Source: Desulfurococcaceae archaeon
GTDB taxonomy: Archaea; Thermoproteota; Thermoprotei_A; Sulfolobales; Desulfurococcaceae
Length of the DNA: 36,820 bases
NCBI GenBank assembly: GCA_038816475.1
Contig: JAWBAI010000011.1
Location: 1,880 to 38,699, forward strand
Direction: 5' to 3'
Position 1 is the first letter of the stretch. Each line of letters starts with the position of its first letter. Made by a program: the position numbers and the translations under genes. The notes under the pieces were generated by a model, which was not told the DNA's origin, did not search any database, and worked only from the letters and a program-made list of their open reading frames with translations. Below, in pieces: positions 1 to 7,616 of this stretch.

Positions 1-106
1 CCGTTCTCAGCAGCGAAGCGTTTACTGCACGAGGTGAGTAAAACACGTCTCCGCACTGTAACCTACTAGGTTAAGAGGAGTACGCACGCAACTTTCGTAC
101 GGGTGC

Positions 107-520
107 TTAGCTGGGTAGTATTATCGAGGTCTCTGTTCTCCTTAGGCCTTTTTCCACTAGTTCACGGTATAATCTCAGAAGTTCCTCAAACCTATTACCA
201 GCATAGAGCACTACACCCCCTGAGAGAGCATCAACTATAGTGGGATTCCCCTTTCTGAGCATTTCGAGGGCTTCGTTCATCGTATAGGGATGGGGTTCGA
301 TGTTCAAGCCTAGGTCATCGGTTAACTCGTATATCCTGAGGAACCTGTCCAGGTACTTCTCCTCGAAGTCTGCTACCACTAGAAGATCGTAGTCGCTCCA
401 GGGTTTATGGTTTCCTCTTGCTCTAGAACCGAACAGTACTATGGCTTCCACACGATACCTGCTCGTGATCCTCCTTACGGCTTCTCTAAGCTTACTGTAA
501 TCCAAGGATTCTTCCAACAT
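107..520 (-). CDS. Minimal nucleotidyltransferase (MNT), antitoxin of HEPN/MNT pair
   Basis: GS-x10-DxD motif (LFGSRARGNHKPWSDYDLLVV), 137 aa; start overlaps the end of the HEPN gene. Confidence 0.9.
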   Translation of the reverse strand: MLEESLDYSKLREAVRRITSRYRVEAIVLFGSRARGNHKPWSDYDLLVVADFEEKYLDRFLRIYELTDDLGLNIEPHPYTMNEALEMLRKGNPTIVDALSGGVVLYAGNRFEELLRLYRELVEKGLRRTETSIILPS

Positions 521-893
521 ACTCTATGATCCGCCTCGCTGCGTTAAGAGCTCTCCGTGAGGTTTCTTCGTCGTATGCTTCGTGAGGCGTACCAGATGGT
601 ATTGCGTTGGGGTAACGAGATGGTATGTAGTGTCTATCGAGTTCTCTCGCGTAGACCAACAGGTCTTCAGGTGGAGTTTCGCCGATCCTCCTGAAGTACC
701 TTGTAAGAAGCTCTCGAACACTGTGCCCAAATGGTACCTCGTTAACGTTGTAGAGTAGTGCTTTACACGCTTTCTCAGCAGCCTGGTGAGAGTAAAATGC
801 TGAAGCATTGTACCTTTTCTCTCTATGCAGGATCTCAGCTGTTTCAGGATCCCAGAGTGCTTCACTAAACCATCTTGAGGTTTCGTTTTTCAC
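492..893 (-). CDS. HEPN domain protein, toxin partner of MNT
   Basis: HQAAEKACKA, GHS and LDRHYIPSRYPN motifs. Start moved to in-frame GTG at 893, which has a GGGGAG RBS just upstream. Confidence 0.88.
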   Translation of the reverse strand: MKNETSRWFSEALWDPETAEILHREKRYNASAFYSHQAAEKACKALLYNVNEVPFGHSVRELLTRYFRRIGETPPEDLLVYARELDRHYIPSRYPNAIPSGTPHEAYDEETSRRALNAARRIIEYVGRILGLQ

Positions 894-1031
894 TGCACTC
901 CCCGTAATGATCCATATTATACTGAAAACACCTATAATGCAACCCTTGCGGCGCACGATCTTAGTCGTACATGAGTACTGTAGTGGCTATTTAATACACT
1001 ACATCCTAGTACCTAGCATGGTGTTTTGCAC

Positions 1032-1862
1032 TTGAGCTACAGAGACGTGTTCAGGGTATCAACGGGTATACCCGAGTTGGATGCTGCACTAGAAGGGGGT
1101 ATACCGAAGGGTAGCTGGGTTGCTGTTACCGGTGAACCCGGGACGGGTAAATCGATACTCTGCATGCACTTTGCATGGGCTGGGTTGAAGGCTGGAGATC
1201 CTGTTGTTTACGTTACTACGGAAGCTGAGTTCAGAGATGTTGTTAGGCAAGCAAGAATGTTCAACATGGACTTTGAATCGCACAGAATTCACGATATTTC
1301 CAGTAAGCAGGAACCTGCTGAAACACCGGAGATCGTAGTAGTAGACATATTCGGGCTACTCAAGATAGCCAGGCAGATGAGTGAGCAACTGGCACAAGAG
1401 CAGATTGAAACCACCAAGAAGAGAAGATACGCTGCACTGGATATTCAAACACTCGTAGCAGCAATACACGAAGCCTACAGGATCCTCGGGGTTCTAAGAG
1501 ACGAGAAAACCAGAGCACCCTACAAGCATGTGAGGCTGATAATAGACTCTATGAGCGCGTTCTGGGCTGATAAGCCGGCAATGGCTAGGAAGTACAGCTA
1601 CGACCTGAAGATCGCTACGCACAGAGAGAACGTTACAGCTTATCTAGTATCCCAGTACGCTATGACGACGAGATCAACCTTTGGCTTCGGGCTTGAGCAC
1701 ATAGCTGACGGAGTTCTGCACTTGTGGATGGAGGATGTCGAGAAGACAAGGCAGGTTGAGAGGTACATGATCATCAAGAAGATGAGAATGACGAACCACA
1801 GGAGAACAGCTTTCAAACTGGACATTGTCCCGGGGAAAGGCATAGTGCTGTACGAAGCGTAG
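1032..1862 (+). CDS. KaiC-like single-domain RecA-superfamily ATPase (archaeal KaiC family)
   Basis: STGIPELD N-terminus, Walker A GEPGTGKS, Walker B LIIDS, EHIADG and IKKMRMT motifs. Start is TTG at 1026 or 1032. Confidence 0.9.
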   Translation: MSYRDVFRVSTGIPELDAALEGGIPKGSWVAVTGEPGTGKSILCMHFAWAGLKAGDPVVYVTTEAEFRDVVRQARMFNMDFESHRIHDISSKQEPAETPEIVVVDIFGLLKIARQMSEQLAQEQIETTKKRRYAALDIQTLVAAIHEAYRILGVLRDEKTRAPYKHVRLIIDSMSAFWADKPAMARKYSYDLKIATHRENVTAYLVSQYAMTTRSTFGFGLEHIADGVLHLWMEDVEKTRQVERYMIIKKMRMTNHRRTAFKLDIVPGKGIVLYEA

Positions 1863-1874
1863 CTCACCCTCGAA

Positions 1875-1906
1875 CACTTGGTTGAGCTTAAGAGTGCAAC
1901 CAGGTG
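1875..1906. terminator. Hairpin between convergent kaiC-like and glycosylase genes
   Basis: CACTTGGTTG-12 nt-CAACCAGGTG forms a 10-bp stem with one G-U pair. Function is inferred from position only. Confidence 0.3.
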
Positions 1907-1937
1907 AGTTTAGTTCCCTCCTCGTAAGTACACGTGT

Positions 1938-2882
1938 TCACCTGCAGAATCCAATCATGTTCACGGGTGTTGGTGATTTGTTGAGCTTTGGTAACAGCTC
2001 TCTTTTTCTAACTCTTTCAATGGCTTTCTGAAGAGGCTCGGCATCGAGTGCTATGGTTGTAGCTATTGATGCGAGAGCAGACCATTTCCCCCACTTCTCA
2101 ACCCAGTACTTCTCTACGTAGTTCTCATCAACAGCATACACAAGGCTTGCGATTTTTCTAAGCCACCTGTCAATGGGTGGAAGCTCGTATCTTCTAGCTG
2201 TAATCGCGATCGCCAGCCTAGCAGTGTAAGGGCCTATACCCTTTATACTGGTTAACACGTACTCCATTTCATCAGGAGAAAGCCTCAGCAGATCTCCCGG
2301 TATCTCTTTGTTCTCGAGAGCTCTCGCTACGTTCACAATTGTCTTAGCTCTGTACCCGACACCAGTAGCCACCAGTCTGTCAACATCACCTAGTACTTCT
2401 CGTGGTGTCGGAGGCCTCGGAATAGTTTCTTCATTCTCAAGACTCACTACTCTTTCATAAACACTGACTATTCTGTGGAGCATTCTCCATCCTTGCAGAA
2501 AACTAGCGTTCTGCTGGCATACTCCCGTTAGTAAACCCATCCACAGACTCGTGGATCTGATTCTGAAGCCTCTGTACTCATCCGCGAACAAGCCGAGGAG
2601 AGGATCTCTGGATGCGATCTCAAAGAACTCCGACAGGTTTTCTTCAACTCCGATCGAAAACCTCAGCGTTTTAACCAAGTCATCTACGTCAACGCAGTCT
2701 ACTGAGTAAAGGCTGTATTTTCCATTGTAGTAAATCTTTGCAACAGCTAGCTGCTCTGTAGGTAGGAACACGTACGAGTAGTCCCTGCTGATCCAGTAGC
2801 ACAGGTTGTAAACAGTAGCTATCAACTTCAAGCTTAGACCCGGGTTCTTCAGTTCTCCCTCGTAGCAGAGTCCAAGCTTCAT
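1938..2882 (-). CDS. AlkA/Ogg-like HhH-GPD DNA glycosylase
   Basis: GVCQQN, GVGYRAKTI, HhH LTSIKGIGPYTA followed by PPID (catalytic Asp). No Lys at the lyase position, so probably monofunctional. Confidence 0.85.
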   Translation of the reverse strand: MKLGLCYEGELKNPGLSLKLIATVYNLCYWISRDYSYVFLPTEQLAVAKIYYNGKYSLYSVDCVDVDDLVKTLRFSIGVEENLSEFFEIASRDPLLGLFADEYRGFRIRSTSLWMGLLTGVCQQNASFLQGWRMLHRIVSVYERVVSLENEETIPRPPTPREVLGDVDRLVATGVGYRAKTIVNVARALENKEIPGDLLRLSPDEMEYVLTSIKGIGPYTARLAIAITARRYELPPIDRWLRKIASLVYAVDENYVEKYWVEKWGKWSALASIATTIALDAEPLQKAIERVRKRELLPKLNKSPTPVNMIGFCR

Positions 2883-2892
2883 ACTGAAACAA

Positions 2893-3112
2893 CCGTTTCC
2901 CGCTTTAGGTTTCTGTAGGTTTTCCTAGGGCGGGTTGTGCCTCTGCCCTGCGGTTCATCGTGGTCACTGACCACTCTACGCAGGGGTCATGAGCACCCTT
3001 CGAGCCCAACGGCACAGGGCTCACATCTAAATGTCTTGAAACACTTCTCATCATCGTGAAGAAATCCCACAAAAACCTATATAAACCTAACACATCAAAA
3101 CAGTTGCACACC
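2893..3112 (-). mobile_element. Non-autonomous, internally deleted IS607/IS200-605-type mini-element retaining the tnpB 3' end (omega-RNA region)
   Basis: Oppositely oriented arrays of TAGGTTT repeats at 10-bp period (2906-2929 on +; 3066-3089 on -), each preceded by CAAC(C/T)GTTT. The internal frame reads LDVSPVPLGSKGAHDPCVEWSVTTMNRRAEAQPALGKPTET*, which resembles crenarchaeal TnpB C-termini as I recall them. Ends AAACGG after the stop. Boundaries are approximate. Confidence 0.65.
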
Positions 3113-3303
3113 CTGAATGCTTCAGTTGATTGGCGTGCGTACTCTAATAGAGGCTTCTCAAGGGTAATAAAAAGGTCAGGTTCTCGCAGCCCAGAGTTTC
3201 CTGGCTGTGTGATCCACCTGCATGTTTACTTATTAAGCAGAGTCATTGTTAAATGACCGTGACGGCTCTGGTGCTACTCCACGCATTATGTGAGGGGCTA
3301 AGC

Positions 3304-4146
3304 TTGAGCCAGCTGTCTCCTAGGAGAAGATGGCTGAGTAGTGAACGAGTTGCACAAGCTGTTCTCGAGGAAATGGGCTTCAAGATACGAGAGGTTAGAA
3401 AAAAGATCATGCTGAGCGGTATAGAAGTTGGAGAAGTGGACGTGGTGGCAGAGGATCCAGTGACAGGAGAGATCTACGCTGTTGAGGTAAAAGCAGGACG
3501 TCTCGATGTCGGTGGAGTTAGGCAAGCATATGTGAACTCTTTGCTCGTTGGTTCAAAACCCATGGTTGTATGCAAGGGGTTTGCGGATGATGCTGCAAAA
3601 GAGCTTGCGGATAAACTTGGAGTCAAAGTAATCCAGCTGTCCGATGTGTTCCTAGTTGAAAGCGAAGAGCTCTACTCGATCGTAAAGGAGGTCGTTGAAG
3701 ATGTACTAACAGAGTACTTCGAAGTCTTCTACGGGTTCGAACCACCACTTAAGCCCGAGTACTACCAAGTAGTGGAAGCGATCTATAAATCAAGCAGCAT
3801 AGATGAAGCTGCTGAAAAGCTGGGTGTAAGTGTTCAAGACCTAGTAAAAAAGGTAGATGAACTCAAGAAGATCGGGGTAGTACCCAAGTGGGCATCCAAA
3901 TACACATCCATTAGGAGAATAGCTCAGATCCTGGTTCAGAAGCAGAACATATCAAGTGCTATAGAAGAGAGTAGAAAGCTGGTGGAGTACACAAGGATCC
4001 TCAGCGAACAGTTGAGGAACATTCAATCGACACTTCAGGAGATCAACAAGCAAATCTCCAAGTTCACTACGCTACTCTCAAAGCTAGAGTCAAAAGTACA
4101 AGTAATCGAGAGCCAAGAACAAGAACAAGCCTCATCTCAAAGGTAA
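3304..4146 (+). CDS. PD-(D/E)XK (RecB/YraN/Mrr-like) nuclease with HTH-like segment and C-terminal coiled coil
   Basis: SE...EVDVVA...AVEVK...Q...Y motifs; SSSIDEAAEKLGVS HTH-like segment; heptad Q/E/K-rich tail. Start moved to in-frame TTG at 3304, behind GAGGGG. Confidence 0.75.
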   Translation: MSQLSPRRRWLSSERVAQAVLEEMGFKIREVRKKIMLSGIEVGEVDVVAEDPVTGEIYAVEVKAGRLDVGGVRQAYVNSLLVGSKPMVVCKGFADDAAKELADKLGVKVIQLSDVFLVESEELYSIVKEVVEDVLTEYFEVFYGFEPPLKPEYYQVVEAIYKSSSIDEAAEKLGVSVQDLVKKVDELKKIGVVPKWASKYTSIRRIAQILVQKQNISSAIEESRKLVEYTRILSEQLRNIQSTLQEINKQISKFTTLLSKLESKVQVIESQEQEQASSQR

Positions 4147-4259
4147 CTCATACTTTGCAACTTAAACATCTAAGCCTAAATTATCATAGCGCTGATTGCA
4201 CACAGAGCAGTAAAAAACTTTGATCAACAAAGAAGACTGCAGGGAATAATATCTCTTTG

Positions 4260-4337
4260 CTATTTCTTCTTAGCTTCCTTCTTTTCTTCCTTCTTCTCTT
4301 CTACCTTCTTCTCAGTTTTCTTCTTTCTGCAGGACAC
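4260..4337 (-). CDS. 25-aa Lys/Glu-rich micropeptide MSCRKKKTEKKVEEKKEEKKEAKKK
   Basis: GAGGTGA RBS 5 nt before GTG (alternative ATG at 4343); TAG at 4260-4262; TATA-like TTTTAAA upstream and T-tract downstream. Below the ORF-track size cutoff. Confidence 0.65.
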   Translation of the reverse strand: MSCRKKKTEKKVEEKKEEKKEAKKK

Positions 4338-4379
4338 ATACATCACCTCACTCATTTAATAGTATGAGGGGTTCTTACG

Positions 4380-4390
4380 TTTAAAAACTC
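4380..4390 (-). promoter_or_regulatory. TATA box of the micropeptide gene
   Basis: Minus strand reads GAGTTTTTAAA about 30 nt upstream of the RBS. Confidence 0.45.
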
Positions 4391-4494
4391 AACCTTCATT
4401 CTCGCTAGCTACATTGTGTATCCTATTTCCGATAAAGCATGAAGAGGAGGAAAAACATTGAATATCGAATATCTTTGAATATCCTTACTGGATG

Positions 4495-7137
4495 CTACTT
4501 GGGCTTGGTAGTTAGAATAGCTCTGCCGATCAATAAGCCTACCAGTAGTGCTACTACACCTACACCTATTGTCAAAGCTGGTTGCTGAGCTTGGGTTGTT
4601 TCTGTGATCGTAGCTGTGATGTGCTTTGTTTCGGTTTCTACGAGTGTCTCTACAACTGTTACTACATCTTTTATTGTCACGTACTCTGTTTCAACAACGG
4701 TTGATTGAACTGTGAGCGTGGTGGTTCTTTCGACAACCTCCTTCACTACAACAGTTTCTTTAAGAGTCTCTGTAAGAGTTGTCGTAACAGTTTCCGTTAT
4801 AGTACTGGGCTGCTCGGTCGTGTAGACAGTGAGGTCTATCCATATGGGGTTTGTTATAGCTCTGTTTCCTCTCGTATCGTAGACTATAAGTAGCACCCAG
4901 CCGAACCCTCTGTTCGGGTTCACAAGCAGGTGAGCAGGTAGTTCTATATTTACATCGGCTGATTCGCCGGACAGTGGTATTGTTCTTACGAGTCTCCCAA
5001 GACTCCAAACTTCAACTCTACTCAAGTTCCAAACAGCGAATAGTTTTGCTGATATAGTTATGTTACTGCTCAGGTCTCTGATGGGTATCGTTGTTCCAGG
5101 TAGTGGATTTGTGAAGACGAATGGACCGTAGGTTATGAAGGTTCTTCCGGTTAACTCGGCTCTAGCAAGACCCACTACGCTTGGACCCTCAGGCAAGTAC
5201 GCTACTACTCTTGGAAAACCACTTCTAGGTGTTGCCCAGACATCGTGTACATCGCTTCCAGCTGTAAGGTACTTCCTGATACCCATGTTCCACAGAGTCA
5301 TCATCTTGGTGAAGGTTCTGTTATCGTCTGTTCCCCATGGACCGCTGATCTCAGCTACGTCCCAGTCCTCGTAGTATCCACCCGGTATACTACCTAGTTC
5401 TTGGGCTATGAAGAGTCCGCCTATGTACGGGTGGTTTGCTCTAATCACAAGTGCACCAGCTGCACGGGCTGCTTCTATGATCTCCCTCATCGTTCCCTTG
5501 AACCTGAGTCTCTCCGGGTAAAGAATCGGGTATGCGTTGAAGTGAGCCCATGGTGGTGATATCTCTACACTACATATGAAAGTCTTGTTCCTCATTGTAG
5601 CATAGATTTCTATAACGGGGCAGTTTCCAACGAAGTCGTGGTCTGATACGACGATGAAGTCTAAACCGAAAGCGCTCTGAGCTACCACAAGGTATTCTGG
5701 TGGCGTTCTACCATCCATGTAGTCTGAGTGATGGTGCAGATCAGCCATGTACCACCCCTGCTACCATGGTTTGAAGAGAACAGGGATTGTAACGTTGTAC
5801 TCCTTAATCTCCCCGGACTCGAGTGTTAGGGTTATGTTAACCCACCTGCTCAAGAAGCCCGGTGCCCACCCCACGGACAACGTGTAGTTTCCTGGTGCTA
5901 GTGGTAGCGAAAGGTGACCTATGTTGAACGGGTCTGTGTAAGCTGATGTAACAGCAATGTACATTACTGTGGGAACGTATGACGATGATACTAAAACAAC
6001 AGCATCAGTATACGCTTTCGTATCTTCCCTAGTGACCCGCAGATTAACGTACCCTGGTGGTTTAACATCGGTGAATTCGAGTGTAACGGTATCTTCCGCT
6101 GCTAGAGTGACGTTAGTATACTTGGAGCTTGGTGCGTGAGCTCTTGCTTCGGCATAGAAGTTGTATGTTCCAGGAGCTGGAAGCTTCATGGTGAAAGAGC
6201 CGTTTATTACCTGGCTCCAGCAGTACGGTCTTCCAGCTATCTCAACCATTAGAATACCCTTCTCAACGAGCTTACCCTCTGTTGTTCTAACGGTGCCCTG
6301 AACGCTTGCAACACCTTGTCCTCTGAGTTGAGCAACTACCTCGGCTATTCCGCAGACATCGCCTATTCCGAGAACAATTATCCACGACTCGAAGACTCTG
6401 GATTCTCCTGGTTGAAGAGTGACCTGGTAGAAGGGGTCAACCCACATCGTAGCCGCTGATATGTGTGTGTAGTTTGGTGCGTAGAGTCCTACTGCGAAGT
6501 GCTCGTGGTATCCTGCAACCCAATCGTCAAGTATGTTCCACTGTGTTCTGGGGCTTGTAACTATCCTCTTGGTTCCTTCACCAGGCACGTATGCCCATCC
6601 AACCTCGAAGGTTATAGCTGGTCCCATGATGTGGTTCACGTATGCTACAGTATCTACATTCGTAACGTTTACGATAACCTTGAAGTAGGGTTTACCAGCT
6701 TCAAAGATGTAAGTGTAGTTGACCTGTAGTCCTTTCCACTTTCCAACGGCAATAACCGTCACTCTACTGGGTGATTCATCAATAACCGTGAAACTTTTCT
6801 CCAGGTCTATTGTTGCCCAGTTAGCCCAATCGTTTAGTGGGAAACTGAACTGAGCGAGAACATCTGCTTGTTTTTCACCAGCAGGCGCTAGGTCTACGAT
6901 ATGCCCCCTGGGTATACCGAAGGGTGGATCAGTTGTTAAAGCAAAGGCAACAGCGTAGTACTCGTTCATAATGGTAAGGTCTCCTGGACCTACTGCTTCA
7001 CCCTCCATGATGGGTGTTGGACCCCATACTACGACTACTCCCTGCGTACTACTATTTTGCGTATTAACAAGTAATGTTGCAGAGCTTAGTAGCAAAGTCA
7101 CTAGGAGAACTACTAGTCCTGTGTGCTTTCTACTCAC
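4495..7137 (-). pseudogene. Membrane-anchored CehA/McbA-like (PHP-fold) metallohydrolase interrupted by one in-frame TAG at 5761-5763 (pseudogene, read-through or split gene)
   Basis: ORFs 5761..7146 and 4495..5748 share a frame: FKPW*QGWYMADLHHHSD. Signal peptide, beta-rich domains, PHP motifs (DLHHHSD, VSDHD, HFN, NHP, GSDVH), Thr-rich stalk, C-terminal TM and basic tail. Start GTG at 7137 follows GGTGA. Confidence 0.8.
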
Positions 7138-7266
7138 ACAGGTCACCTTGTGGTGATACTACATCATAGTGTTCTAGTTTAAATACCTAAACAAGACCTT
7201 GCTTTAGGTAGAAGCCTGTAGAACGCTTCGCTTCGTTCTGATCATCACCAGTTGAGAATTACTCGC

Positions 7267-7321
7267 AGTCTGCTCGTTCCCTGTTCATCACCTATTCAGG
7301 CCACTTTCGCCGGTATCACCT
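7267..7321 (-). ncRNA. Candidate C/D-box guide sRNA
   Basis: GTGATAC (C) - CGGCGAAAGTGGC - CTGA (D') - ATAG - GTGATGA (C') - ACAGGGAACGAG - CAGA (D); 12-13 nt guides; intergenic. Confidence 0.55.
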
Positions 7322-7461
7322 CCGGTTTCAGAAAACTTTTACATGAGTGTACGCGTAAACAACACGTGCTACATTGAAGCGTAGAAGTGCGCCTCGAGCC
7401 GAAGTTCTCAACATCAATTATTAACGATTCAGGGATCGAGTTGCATACTTTAGACCGAGAG

Positions 7462-7519
7462 GCTCAGCTACAGCCGCACCAATCACTTGGTCATCCATGC
7501 CCGCCGTTGTCATCACCGC
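7462..7519 (-). ncRNA. Candidate C/D-box guide sRNA
   Basis: GTGATGA (C, 7510-7516) - CAACGGCGGGCATGG - ATGA (D') - CCAA - GTGATTG (C') - GTGCGGCTGTAG - CTGA (D, 7464-7467); short GC terminal stem; GC-rich guides in an AT-rich spacer. Confidence 0.7.
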
Positions 7520-7616
7520 TATTTATAACATTCTAGGTAAAGAGTCATAAATAGTGTAGGAACAATGCCTATAGGGGTAAAAGGAAGTTTAGGTAAAAAT
7601 CGATATGGGCCTTTGA

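Noticed and set aside
1-106. 3' end of a gene entering the window
   Set aside because: Several short frames are possible; none can be supported.
3049-3055. ATGATGA C box on - strand as the start of a C/D sRNA
   Set aside because: No properly spaced CTGA D or D' box follows.
2905-3111. 68-aa ORF as a functional protein
   Set aside because: It runs through the element's repeat array and only its second half resembles a TnpB tail; better explained as a transposon remnant.
4590-4830. Thr/Val/Glu-rich repetitive DNA
   Set aside because: Explained by the Thr-rich stalk of the surface metallohydrolase.
7200-7249. Third C/D sRNA starting at the GTGATGA at 7242-7248
   Set aside because: No D box downstream; only a small AGAACG/CGTTCT hairpin.
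7324-7336. 13-mer GGTTTCAGAAAAC shared with 36261-36273
   Set aside because: Isolated 13-bp matches are expected by chance in a window of this size, and the match does not extend.
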